A stretch of 64,000 bases of DNA, taken from positions 33,356,001-33,420,000 of the forward strand of contig CM114271.1 of assembly GCA_050084515.1 (NCBI GenBank). Reading direction: 5' to 3'. The notes below the pieces were generated by a model. That model did not search any database. It saw only the letters and a program-made list of their open reading frames with translations, and had not been told where the DNA came from. Shown here piece after piece: positions 27,101-40,229 of the stretch. Both the position numbers and the translations under genes were made by a program. The DNA comes from Blasia pusilla (lineage: Eukaryota). Within the stretch, counting starts at the first letter, position 1. Every line of letters starts with the position of its first letter.

Positions 27101-29222
27101 AATTTCTTCGCTTTTCCTCTTAGTCCTTCCTTTAGGCATTCCTGTCGGCTTCCTTCACTTCTAACATGTGTGTTTAATCATGGTTGCCAAATGCCCATCA
27201 ACCTTCTAAAGACTCCACGTACCCATTCCTGAGCCAAGTCTTCTAACTCATTCGTGGCCTCCTAGTCTTGTGAGTCATTGTTGGCAATATTACAATCCAT
27301 CACTTTCTACCAACTTCACCAAATGACCTATCCTCTTTTTCAATTCCTTCATCTCCAAGATTGTCGTCATTGGTTGTTGAATTGCGACAACGTGTTGGGA
27401 ATGAAGATGAGAGTCTTGGGCTAGACCCCATAGTCAGAGTATATTTTGAACGGCTTTGATTAGTTCTGTAGTGATAAAATACCATGTGATGGATTTGCAA
27501 TGGTAAGATACCTTCCTGCTCCATAAACACCGGCTTACACGCAGAGTGATTTAAGCATTTTAGAAGTGGTCTCCACTGTTCTATCTTCACATTTTGGTTT
27601 GAAATATGATGTTTGTTTTTGCCCCAACGTTGTACACTTGTTACTCTCTTTAAAACATTTCTTGCATTTGAAGTAGAAGAGAATATTAAAAAAAAGTGGA
27701 AAGTTTTGAAGAGAGGTAAGGGATTTTGGAGTTTTTTGAAGAGAGACTCTCCTCTCTTCCTCTTGCCTACCAGAATACCAGCCTCCAATTTGAAATTTGT
27801 TGTTACATTCCGTGCCTTGATCCACAAGCCAGCAAGAGTAGCGTGCTCAACCTTTTACGCCACTATGTAACAACAAAACAACTCCATACATGTAGGTAAG
27901 GTGGTTGGATCATAAAAGGGACAAAAGAACATGGTCCATATTGTGGTATGGGTTTCCCACTTGCTACCAATCCCAAGGTAAAACGTGAAATAGATCCCAA
28001 AACCCTTGGCAACAAGCACATAAATGTGATACCATATCATCTTGCTCTTTTTACTGCTTTGGAGTGCTCATATGAATTTGTAGCATGTTACAAATGTTCA
28101 GTGGTCATTCTCTCTACTCAAATATGCTTTAAAATGTGAATCTCAAGGTGCCCTAAAAATTAGAGTTGAATATGCAAAATCTTTGGATCTTGAGGATTTA
28201 GATGAGACCACATTGCTGCTAATATCTATCCTAGTGTTGAATAGATCCATCTCATCCACTAAGGCAGGCCTAACCGCCCTAAAAATTCCTATTGTATAAA
28301 GATTCCTAGAGTCACCTTAGAGTATGAATGCATGGAAGAGTTGGGCTAGTATTGTGGCAAATTTCATTAGTGTTTAGGAGGACGTCAAAAGTGGAACATG
28401 CAGAAGATACCAAATAAAGAATAGAAAACCCAAAAAATAAAACAGTCATAAGGGAATCAACCTGAGTCATGCAATCTGTCGGAATCTGACAAGTTGCTTG
28501 AATGGACGACAGAAAATGGGGTTTAAAAAAAGGTTGCAAGAGAGTCTCGGTAGTAACTTCGTCAACCTGGTCTACAAATATCACAAGATACGAGAATTTG
28601 TGCATACATCTATAGTCATCCAAGTTCTATTTTTGGCTTCAAACCTGTCGACGTGCGATGGGTTCACAGAAACAAAATCACAGACCATTCAAATCAATTA
28701 GGAAACATTACAGACATGCCCCAAAGAAGAACAAATTTCAACTCCACTTGCTACTTGCAGACAAACAACCCATCGGAAACCGACGGGTTGCAATAGCAAG
28801 AAATCATTAGTTTGCAACTTCTTGGAATTCCACATGTCGCAAACTTAGTTCTTGGTTTGCAACTCATCGATTTCCGACGGGTTGCAAACCTTATCCAGGA
28901 ACTACAACTTGTCAGAATCCGAGAAATTCCAAACTCGCTCATTGGTCCCTCATTTTTATGGTTGCAAACCACAGCCCCAGTTTGCAACCAGATTGTAATC
29001 CGACAGTCCCTCGTTCCCTAGGTCGCAACCCTTCGGAATCTAACGGGTTGCAAAATAAATAGCATCGAGTTGATAAACCAACACAATCGACAAGAACTCA
29101 ACACAAGTTTACAAAAACCATCATGGTGCAAAAAATTCTTGTCCTTTATTACATCCGAGGGAAGCTCGGAAATGTACATTTGATCTAGTCTATGATTTTT
29201 TCAGCCTCGTCATGTACAAATT

Positions 29223-29640
29223 TGTTAGATTCTCAACATCCACTCCTCTGAGCACCATTAATCTGATCGGCCCCCTTGTATGAGGAGAAGCTTAGATTGA
29301 TGGTTCCGACTTAGACGTCGAAGGAGTCATAGTAATATGACGTAGGTGATTTACGGAGTAGCGTTACTAGGTTTATTTAACCCTATATTGTATCAGGGTG
29401 CGGGGCACACTAATGCAATATAGTTCTATTAATAGAAACGAAGAAAAATAGGTAAAAACCCTAGTTTCCCGAGTAGTCAAATAGTCGGGAGCCGCAGCGG
29501 TAGCGTATTCTCGTATGTCAAGTTATCTCCCAGTTCAGGTTCCATCGAAGCTCTTCTGTGAGCGCACGGACGGACTAGGCCACTTTGTATCTCTAAGTTT
29601 TGTAAAGATTTCAGTGATCTCGTCACTTTCTGTTTTCTCA
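29223..29640 (+). repeat. Copia 5' LTR
   Basis: TG...CA; about 14 substitutions and 1 indel versus the 3' LTR by manual comparison. Confidence 0.95.
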
Positions 29641-29714
29641 CATGGTATCAAAGTAGTAGGTTTTCTAGTACTTTGTATCTGGCAATCTAGTATGTTTGCA
29701 CAAAATCTTGAGAG

Positions 29715-32700
29715 ATGGCTACTTCTTCGTCAGTTCGTGCTCGTCCTCCTCCACTGGGTGAAGGGAAGTTAGATGGGTCTAACTATACGTTGTGGAAGTT
29801 CAAAATGAGAACTGTCCTCGAATCATTTGAGATCTGGGAAACGGCCACAGGGGTTGATTCAAATCCACAAGCTAGTTTGAGTTCTGCATGTTCATCTTCA
29901 TCTGGGGATATCGATCATGTTGTTGGCATGGAGACGCAGAAACGCTGATGCTCTATATGCGATTGTCACGAATGTAACTGATCTTGTCATGACTCTCATT
30001 CAACATACAACCATTGTTGTTGAGGCGTGGAACATTTTGAAGAATCAATATGAAACGAGGAATGAGACTCGGATTCAGAATCTGGAGAATCAACTTACGT
30101 CTGAGAAATTTTCAGAAGGAGAAAGCGCGGAGCAATTTTTGACAAGGATCAAGAATCTTCAAGATCAGATGGCGTCCGTAGGAATTTCAAAGTCTAGCGA
30201 AGATTTGGCACGTCGGTGCATAAGGATTTTGCCTCCAAGGTATGTCAGTTTGGTCACTGCACTGAATACTCAAGTAAGACCCACGCCGCTTACTTTTGAA
30301 CAATTTAGTGCAATGTTGGTAGAAGAGGAAATGCGCTTCAAAGCAAGAGAGAGAAGTAATGCAACATTTACTGCCAACGTATAGAGAGGTAGAAATCAGG
30401 ATTACAGTTCAAATGTCAAGAAGAAATTTCCAAGAAAAGCCTTCAAATGCTTTTATTGTGGTAAGCTAGGTCATCTTATCAAAGATTGTAGAAAGAGGAG
30501 TCAAGATGAGAAGAACGGTTGTTTAAGACCTAAGAAGGAGTCTGGAAATTCTGTAGAACTAGGAGAAGATGAAGTAGATGCTTGGGTAGCAATAGAAGAG
30601 TTTTGCACACAGGCAGAACATTCCACTAAGTCAAAGAGTGAAGATGCATGGGTGCTCGATAGTGGAGCATCTTGGCATATGACCAATCATAAGGATTGGT
30701 ATAGCTCCTTTCAGTCTCTACAGGAGCCCATCGTTGTTACTGTTGGAAATAATGCAAAGTGCCATGTAGAAGAGAAAGGCACAATTTCTTCAGTCTCACA
30801 AAAAGGAGATGAAAAGAAGTTAACTGATGTACTAAACGTACCAGAGTTGAAGCGAAATTTGATTTCAGTGGTAGTATTATGTGATCGTGACCTAGAAGTT
30901 TGTTTCAAGAAAAGTGGAGCAGTCATTGAGGATGCCAATGGGAAAGAAGTGGGTGAAGGAATACCACGTGGAAATATCTACGAGTTGTATGCTTTCACGA
31001 CAAGTCTAGGTACAGATCTTAGTAGCAATAAGTTGTGGCATGAAAGATTTGGTCACCTAAGCTTTCCCCTACTAAGTCAGATGCAGAAATCTGACATGGT
31101 TACTGATTTACCAACAATTTTTGGAGTGTCGGATACTTGTGAAGCTTGTATGATGGGCAAGCAACACCGACAACCATTTCCACAAGAGTCCAGCAATAGG
31201 GCAAAGGCTCCTCTAGAGTTGATACATACTGACCTCTGGTAAAATGAAAATAGTGGCATTAGGTGGTTCTTCCTACTTCTTTTTAGTTGTCGACGATTAT
31301 AGTAGGAAGATGTGGGTGTATTTCCTTCGTGATAAGGCAAGTGCTTTTGGAAAATTTAAAGTATGGCACAAGCTGGTTGAGAATGAGATAGAAAAGAAGG
31401 TACAAAAGCTTCGCACTGATCGAGGAGGAGAATTCTTATCAACAAAATTCAATAAATATTTGGGGGAGCATGGAATCAAGTGACAGTTAACCACGGCACA
31501 TACACCACAAAAAAATGGAGTTGTTGAGCGTCGAAACCATACAGTGGTGGAGATGGCAAGATGTATGATGAAAGCAAAAGGTTTGACAGAAGGATTTTGG
31601 GCTGAAGCTGTTAATACTACCGTATATATTCTAAATAGAAGTGCTACCAAGTCAGTGCAAGGCATGACTCCTCATCAATCATACTTAGGTAAGGTACCAT
31701 CAGTCCAACATTTCAGGACTTTTGGTAGTGAGTGTTTTGTACATATTCCTGAAGCATCTAGGACCAAGCTGGAGTCCAAGAGCAGGAAGTGCATCTTTAT
31801 GGGATACAGTGATGAGTCTAAAGCTTATCGCCTTTGGTGTCCTGAGGAAAAGAAGATGCTTGTGAGTCGTGATGTGGTGTTCCAGGAACAACCTCGTCAA
31901 GTGGCGGATATCAGTGGTCCGTCCACATTATCATCAAACGAAGAGATAACCCACCAGAGCATACCACAAATGTTTACACCAGATCATCAAGAAGAAGAAG
32001 AAGAAGAAGGATTTGGTGATGATTACAAAGAGCAACCTGCTCTTCCAGTGCGGTCGTCATATCCTAAGTGGATAAAGCAGCTCTTGGATGGTAAGGATCC
32101 ACCAGCAACTCATGAAGTTGTTACACATCCAAGGAGATCCAAGAGACTAAAGGAGCAGAATAGAGCTTCCACACATCTCGTCAACATGGCCTTGATGACA
32201 TAGGTCTTGAAGGTGGAAGAGCCATCATGCTTGGATGAGGCCCTTGCTCATCCTCAATGGAGAGAGGCCATGCAGATGGAGATGGACGCTATTCAGAGGA
32301 ATGAAACTTGGACTTTGGTTGAAAAGCCAAAGGACAGGAAGATAATACGCACCAAGTGGGTATACAAGACCAAGTACAAGTCGGACGGTACATTGGATAA
32401 ATTCAAAGTGAGATTGGTCGCACAAGGATGCTCACAAATCAAAGGTTTTGACTACTATGAGACTTTTGCTCCTACTGCAAGGATGACAACCATTCAAATT
32501 GTTCTAGCAGTTGCAGGAACAAGTCGTTGGCCTGTATACCAATACGATGTGAAGTCTGCCTTTCTGAACGGGAGTCTCAAGGAGGAGGTATATGTTTCTC
32601 AATCACTAGGTTTTGAGACACTCAGATCAGAAGAGAAAGTTTGTTTACTTCATCGAGCATTGTATGGGTTGAAGCAAGCCCCAAGGGTATGGTATCAACG

Positions 32701-33742
32701 AATAGATACATTCTTTCGAGAGAAGGGTCTCATCAAGAGTCCGTCAAAAGCAAATTTGTGTGTGTTTTGCGAAGATGGGATGTATATGTTGATAGTCATG
32801 TATGTGGATGATCTGATCATCACAGGAGACCACAATACAAAAATAGAGGAAATGAAGGGAGTGTTGAAATCTGAGTTTGAAATGTCAGATTTAGGTCTTT
32901 TGCACTACTTTATAGGGCTGGAAATTTGGCAACAGTCAGATTCTATTTTTCTCTCTCAGTAGAAGTATGCTAGAGAAATCTTGAAGGTATTCGGGATGAC
33001 CGAGTGTAAGGAAGTGCTCTCGCCAATGGAGGTAGAGTTGAAACTCTTGATGGAGGATGTTTCACCATTGGTAGATGAAAAGTTGTACAGAAAGCTTGTA
33101 GGCAGTTTGATATTTTTGTGTAACACTAGATCAGACATTAGCTTCGCTGTGGGAGTGTTGAGTAGGTTCTCAACTAAGCCTCGTGAGAACCATTGGAAGG
33201 CAGGGATGCGTGTGTTGAAGTACATCAAAGGCACTATCGAGTACGGCATCACCTATGGAGCAGGGACGGAAATGACAGGTTTTTGTGATTCGGATTGGGC
33301 AGGAGATTTAGATTCTCGAAGATCAGTTTCGGGTTATTGCTTCTTGGTAGGATCTGGTGTGGTATCATGGGTCAGCAAGAAGTAACCTACAGTGGCTCTT
33401 TCTTCTACCGAGGCAGAGTACAAGGCGGCTTGTTATGCTTCTTGTGAAGCAGTATGGTTGAGATGGATATTGGAGGACATAGGAGAAGCACCAGAAAGTG
33501 CTATAGTAATGTGGTGTGACAATCAGAGTTGCATTGCCATAGCACATAATCTTGTGTTTCATGCTCGTACGAAGCACATAGAGATCTAGTATCACTTTGT
33601 TCGTGAATTGATCGAGAGAGAGGTTTTGAAGTTAGTCTATTGTCCAACAGAGGATAACCGTGCAGACATCTTCACGAAAGCTTTGAGCGGAGATCAGCTT
33701 CGCCAACATCTGAAGGGTCTTGGCATAGGTCCAAGACAATAG
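29715..33742 (+). pseudogene. Copia gag-pol (gag, CCHC knuckle, protease, integrase, RT, RNaseH) with stops and frameshifts
   Basis: KLDGSNYTLWKFKM, CFYCGKLGHLIKDC (30448-30489), WVLDSGASWHM, LWHERFGH, RTDRGGEF, YVDDLII, CDSDWAG, ARTKHIEI. Confidence 0.95.
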
Positions 33743-33771
33743 TCCACATGAGAGTGGATATTGAGGGGGGG

Positions 33772-34190
33772 TGTTGGATTCTCAACATCCACTCCTCTGA
33801 GCACCATTAATCTGATCGGCACCCTTGGATGAGGAGAAGCTTAGATTGATGGTTCCGACTTAGACGTCGAAGGAGTCATAGTAATATGACGTAGGTGGTT
33901 TACAGAGTAGCGTTACTAGGTTTATCTAACCCTATATTGCATTAGGGTGCCGGGCACACTGATGCAATATAGTTCTATTAATAGAAAGGAAGAAAAATAG
34001 GTAAAAACCCTAGTTTTCCCGAGTAGTCAAATAGTCGGGAGCCGCAGCGGTAGCGCATTCTCGTATGTCGAGTTATCTCCCAGTTCAGGTTCCATCGAAG
34101 CTCTTCTGTGAGCGCACGGACGGACTAGGCCACTTTGTATCTCTAAGTTTTGTAAAGATTTCAGTGATCTCGTCACTTTTTGTTTTCTCA
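33772..34190 (+). repeat. Copia 3' LTR
   Basis: Direct repeat of 29223-29640. Confidence 0.95.
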
Positions 34191-34986
34191 CAATTTACTC
34201 CTAACTCTCCTAGGTGCCTGTACAAAAGGAATGTCTTGGGATACAAGTGGCTCCTTTGGCGGATTGTAGACGGGGATTGTAAATGTTGGGGAATTCGAGA
34301 GCCTTGGCCCCCCCCTAGGTACACCACAACGGTCCCATGTAAGATGATTTAAGTCCCAACGCCTTCCACGACAATAAATCTTGTATGCTCTGCAAGGTGA
34401 CACCCATCCAGTATCAATATGTGCTCCGCCCTTGGAAACTAGTAAATCCCAACTCCAAAACGCTTCAATCAAGATGGCTCCAATAAATCTTTGAACTCAC
34501 TTGTCATCATCCGATAACTCTTCCAAAATTATTTTCGGCTTTTCCCTCCCAATTTTCGGAATTGTAGGAAGTGATGATGGTGTCACTATCAATGGTGGCT
34601 GTGGAGCTGGAGTAGTTGGCTTTGGAGGCGAGTTGTATACTCCCACTAGCCTCTTGTAATCCGCCTTTGCCTCTTTGCAAAGGTAAAAAAGTTGTGGTCT
34701 TCCCTCAAGGCAGAGAATGTTCATGCCACTATGCCAGGCACCTCTGATACTCGCCCTTGATAGGCCCACAAGTCAAAGACCAAGTCACCCGGCCTCAAGC
34801 AGAGCTCCATGAGCGTTTGCATCAAGGCAGGTGACTTCTCCCTTCCTAGATGAAAATTCCCCGGGGGGAATTGTAGAGACTATCTAAGTTGTACCCATCG
34901 GAGCATGGATCCGTTGGATCTGGGATATGGAACACTTGGAAGTTGTGCTCAAGCCTTACAAAGTAGTAGAAAAATGAGTGGTCCAT

Positions 34987-35664
34987 CTGTGAACAAGCAG
35001 GTGGAAAATAATGTCAAAAAAAAGAAAAAGGTAGTAGACTGATGGTCTACTCTCCATAAAGTGATACAATGTGCAACCCGTCGAGATCCGATGGGTAGCT
35101 TATTTGGCTAGAAATAAGAGCTACCTGTCGAAGTCCCACACGTTGCTTTTCAACCCATCCTACTAGTCCCCAGTGATTAGCAACCCATCAGAACTTTGCC
35201 TATAGGCCTGATAGAACAGCAACATGTCGGACTCTAACGGGTTTCTTTACAACTCTAAGAGGATTCTTTGCCTATGAGCACCCATTCGGAGCCGACAGGT
35301 TGCTCATTTTGCTGGAGAGAACCGCAACCTATCGGAGTCCGATACTTGGCTTACAACTTGATCGAATTGTTCATAGTTGAGAAGTTCCTAATATGAGGGC
35401 AACCCGTCGCTTCCAGACGGGTTGCATCATTGTAGACACAAGTGGAAAAGCAATGCTACTTGCAACCCATCGCGTTGCAATCATTGGAGACATATAGGTC
35501 AATTTGCAACCCATCGCTTTCATACGGGTTGCATCACTACAGACACAAGTGAAAAAGCAATTCTACTTGCAACCCCTATGGTTCCTAAGGTGAATTTGCA
35601 ATCTGTTGGGTTCCGACGGGTTGTATTTCTGAACCATTTCAATTCGTTAAAAAAGTGAACTTAC
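34987..35664. repeat. Intron of the MTase gene filled with 29-bp palindromes
   Basis: On the - strand, donor gtaagt at 35664 and acceptor cag at 34987; many gcaacccgtc...gggttgc copies inside. Confidence 0.8.
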
Positions 35665-37583
35665 CCGGACTTGATTCGTCGCCGATCTGAGTGGATACTC
35701 ATTTTTTATGACCCACAATTGCGCCGTCCTCCTCTTCACGCATTGAAGGTTGAAGAGCTTGTCTTTACTCCCTCCAGTAAGGACCAAGAAATAACCCGTG
35801 TCACTGAGAGCAATCTGGTCATAAGAAAGCGGGACATTCTAGTCAAAGACAATGTCAGACGGATTGTTGTCCCACAAACAAAACCCAGAAGGGAAATCTG
35901 CAATTAGGAGGTCCACCGCCACCTCCTCAGCAACCCCATGCACCGTCCAAGGGGCGTGCCCATTTCGAAGGAGTTTTTGCCCTAGCACGGTCAATTTCTT
36001 GATGGCAGATGTTGACTCCTGAGAAGTGAAACTCTGCAGTTCATCAACAAGATGAGTCTGGTGAAGAAGGACATTTGCCCTGGTGGTCCTTTCCCTATGC
36101 CTGCCCAAGGATGATGGAGTATATTCCACATCCTTATCTCCTCCCTCGGACGAACTAGGCCTCTCCCGCTTTCGCTTCTCTTGAGTGTGCTCTGGACTTG
36201 TTGGAGTCTTTGTTACCTCAGACTCCACAGGTGTTTTCTTTGAAGAGGCCCCCTCGCCTTTGCTTTCATACCCGTTGTGGATTTTTCCTTGGCGATGACG
36301 ACCTTTGTCACCAACTCGGTTGTCTCGAGGGCTTGCTCCTTTGCATCTCCTTTGACAAATTCGTCTGGCTTCACGAAGTTTAGAATGTCCTCCCTGCCAC
36401 CGACCATTGCATCATAGACCACATGTGGATTTTTGTCTATAGTGTCCTCTAGGTTGTTGAAGTCCAACCAGATTGGACAATTTATTACCTCCTAGTCGGA
36501 CATGCCCTGTCCCATCTCCATGTCATACATAGAGAATCCCTCTCCATTAGGCAAAGAAGCCCACAATTTGTAGGCTGTCGGAAATTTGTGCCAAGTACCT
36601 GCATTCACACAATTGATGAGGTACCTGTACACCATCCGCTGGGCAGCTCTTTGTCGGGATGACTCGGCCGCCTGCTCCTGAAGATCCCACTTCTTCTTTG
36701 CAAAATCCCATTTCCTCATCCAGATCTCCCTGAGGGAGGATGTGATTCTTGAACATCATCCAGAATCCTGGGTTTTTCGTCGGCTTATCTCTGATGTCAT
36801 TAAGCCACAGTTCAAAATATTTTTCAGCCTCTAGGTTTGCTTCCTCTAGAACTGGCTCAATCTTCTTCAGATCCGCTTGTAGACCCATGATCATGGACTT
36901 CCCAAGAAGGTGCAGCGCATCCCAAACTGACCATTCCCGTAGCCAATGGGTGATCACTGGATCTGAAACTCCCGGAGGGTGTTGTGTCGCCCGTTTCTGC
37001 GCCTCAGTGCCCTTGAGAGTGGATTTCATCAGTCGGATTCGCCTAAACTCGGATATGCTAGACATTGCAAACTTGTGTATGCGGTCCAAAGACACTTTCT
37101 CTCCGATCCGACCCTGTGGATCTTTGTCTCTCTTCCGTGGGCGCTTGATTATTGCCTTCAGCTCCTTGTAAAACTCCAGGCCAAGTTCGGGATTGAGAAT
37201 TGCAATGTAAAGTTGTATCTTGCTTGCAGTGTACTTTGTAGCTACAAATACGGCAACTTGAATAAATTTAGCCCGTTCCGGCACACGGACGTTCTCCCTT
37301 CGCTCCAGTTCCAACGTAGCGCTCTTCTTGGTGGCCTGGATCTTGGACCAACAGAGAATCGTGACGGGTGCATCTTGGGAAATGAAGGTATTTTCCCAAG
37401 TCGTCCTCCTTATTTGAGCTCCCTTTGCCAGCACCTCATCAACCAGATCGTCACCCAAGAATCCCTTGTACTTTGCTGGGTGCGTCGTAAGCACCTTCTT
37501 GACCCTATCGCAATCTTGGATGCAGTGGTGGGTGACGTTCCCCTTGGATACAATCTTGCAAATCCAAACACAAGGTAAGAATA

Positions 37584-38600
37584 CTGCAACCTATAGGTTT
37601 CCGTCTAGTTGCATTAGAGAGTCATGAACAGAGAGTGCAATCCATGGGACTCTGATGGGTTGCTACACTCTCGGGATATTTCAAGGATGCCCAATCAGTC
37701 GGAGTCCGACTAGCTGCGACAATCGCTTTGACTTGCAATCTCTCCAACGAAAAATATATTTCTGCAACTCGTCGGACTCCGACAGGTTGCAATTTTTTCA
37801 ATCCATGGGGCTCCAAAAGATAACACATAGATAACTATTGCAACCCGTCAGAGTCCGATAGGTTGCAGAAAATACATTTTTCGTCGAAGAAACTGCAAGT
37901 GAAAGCAATCATCGCAACTCGTCGGACTCCGACGGATTGGGCATCCTTGAAGTCTCCCAAGAGTCTTGCAACCCATCGGAGTCTGACGGGTTGCACTCTC
38001 TGTTCATGACTCTCTAGTGCAACCAGAGAATGACTCCTAGTCCTTGGTTCCAACCCGTCGGGCTCCAACATGTTGTAGAATGACTTTGATTCCGAGACAC
38101 ATTTCCGGATAAAAATATCAACCCGTCGGAGTTTAAAGGCTTGCCCAATGGCCCTGTAAAGTTATAATTGGAGGCCTAAAAGCAAGTTGTCGGACTCCGA
38201 CGACTTGCCCTAGGGGGAAAATGTAACTTGTCAAAGTCTGACGGGTTGCTTTTGGCCAAAAGTATTCAAAAAATAGGGGAGAGTCCAGCAACTCGTCGGA
38301 CTCCGACGAGTTGCTTTAAGGCCTCGGATGATTTCTTACCCTCATTGTGCAACTCATCGGAGTCCGACAGATTGCAAAACAAATAAATCATGCAGTCAAT
38401 TTTCAACTCGTCAATGTTCGACTTGTTTCAGTATCCCAGATTAATGTGGTGTGCTTGGCCACCAGGCAACCCGTTGGACTCCGACGGGTTGCTTGACTTT
38501 GACCAAAACCTCAAAGAGGATGGGGCAAGAGACTCAAATCATTCCTACCCATCTTCAAGCTTTCCAATTATGCAACCCGTCGGACTCCGATGGATTGAGG
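37584..38600. repeat. Palindrome-rich intronic region including a ~415-bp foldback (37608-38023)
   Basis: E.g. tgcaacccatcggagtctgacgggttgca at 37967-37995. Arms ~37608-37793 and ~37837-38023 are imperfect reverse complements. Confidence 0.85.
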
Positions 38601-40229
38601 CAATCAAACATAAGGATGAGGAAAATTAAGTATTCATTGCATGCATTGCTATTTCCACCATTGGCATGTAATGAGTAAATGGATGGAGCACGACTGCCCT
38701 CACGCAGAAATGGGCCTCCAATGAATTTGGGCGCTCCTATGCAAACTGTGTCCACACCATGTACCTGTGGTTCCCATTCCATATGAAGAAGTAGAGGTTC
38801 CGCATCCATCTATATTGGGTTCCTTCAATCGCTCTTCTGAACTCCTCATCTCTCATCCTCTAGAATGTGTCCAACGCCTCCAAGTCTTCTTCCGTCACCA
38901 GAGCTTGCGTTCCATGTTCATCATAAGGCTGAACATAGAACAGAGGAAAGCTATCGACGTAGGATGCTGTTGTTGCCGACTACTTCATCTCTGCAATGTC
39001 CTCCTCCGACTGAATTTCGCGGGCGTACTCCATTGTCCGCAGTCGACAGAGTGGAGTTCTTGTGGACTTTTGGCCCTCAATCAGTGCCATCTGCATAACA
39101 ACCTGCCACAATGGAGACAAAGTCAATAAGCGACTGTGTTTTGCCAATGTTTTGCATAATAAGCTTTCACATGACCCGAATTCTTCGTACCGCTCAAAGA
39201 TTGGATTGGTGTCCAGGCTGGCCAGCTACTCTGGGACAGAAGCTGGCAAGTCCACGAGAAACTCATCGATCCGATAAAGGTCGATTTCTTCCATCAGGCT
39301 CAATGACGTGGACGACTCTTCTCCTGCTTCTTCAAAGATGTCCACCATCTCCACACTTGTTGTCCTCATGACCTCATTGTTCGTCACTTCAACTTCGACC
39401 GTTTCCTCATTCAATTTTAAATTCATGGTATCTCCAGACCTAATCAAAGATATTTCCTGCATCTCAACACTGTTTTTGGAGGGGCAAGGCTTTCTTCAAT
39501 GGCAATTTCTTTTTCTCTTCGAGCTTTCACCAATTTGCTCTCCTGATGGAGGCGTTAAGATGCTTCTTCTCGCATTTCTTGTCCATGACTCTTTTCTTCA
39601 AGGCCTTCGATGCCTCAGCCTTGGCATTTTGCTTTGCGAGCTCCTCCATAGCAAGCTTTGCAGAACCTTATGCCTGTGCATTTATGCTTCCCTTTCCCGC
39701 TCCTCTATTTCTTGTTGCCTTATCTCATTTTCCGAGCGAGGACCAGGAGATGGAGACCTAGGAGTCTTGATGGACTTAGGAGTGATGCTCCCTATCTTCA
39801 TTGATTGTGTTTTCTTCCTCGTCATGGTGCACGTTGGGTCAGTCCTTCCTCCTCGACAGTGTTATCTGCTCTTGTGCACATCAGATCCCTTGAAGCTTCA
39901 ATGGAGTGCCTAAAACCAACTCTTCAAGCATTGTGTGGTGAAGCGCCGTCACCTTCAAGCGGAGGGGCTTGCCGAAATTGAACCCTCGAAGCTTCGGATG
40001 TTGGATCATCGTTACCTTCCAACAAAGGGGTCAATGTAACCAACTTGGTTAGTGGAGAAGGAAACCTCAGGTGTTGGGAGGAAGAGCAGCATCTGAAATT
40101 GCAGACTGAAAAAGGGAAATGAGCAAAATCTAAGCCTTTTACACTTTTTGAGATGTTGAGCTAACCGTTGGGTCGTTGGAAGTGTTGTACAGATGGCGAC
40201 ATTGGTCATTACGATGCTTAGCATGTGGG

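Larger units (their letters stand above)
29223..34190 (+). mobile_element. Full-length decayed Ty1/Copia LTR retrotransposon
   Basis: LTRs 29223-29640 and 33772-34190; PBS tggtatcaaag (tRNA-iMet type) at 29643; PPT at 33763-33771; TSD aaatt/caatt. Confidence 0.96.
29185..39825 (-). pseudogene. Intron-containing gene encoding a ParB/Srx-like domain, a helical region and a beta-class (N4C/N6A-type) DNA methyltransferase; decayed and interrupted by Copia
   Basis: YFFIWNGNHRYMVW (GNHR 38764-38775); VDLLIADFPSG...D(W)N (35884-35916); GREKSPALMQTLMELCLRPGDLVFD..VG....IRGAWHSGMNILCLE (34846-34705). Introns at 34987-35664 (GT-AG) and ~37584-38630. C-terminus RRVRSK|FVHDEAE spans the Copia insertion. 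Confidence 0.75.

Noticed and set aside
29643-29653. tRNA-like sequence
   Set aside because: This is only the Copia primer-binding site; no tRNA or rRNA gene was recognised in the window.
34497-39825. Bacterial or phage contamination as the source of the ParB-MTase
   Set aside because: The gene has GT-AG introns, is interrupted by a Copia element and is contiguous with plant genes.
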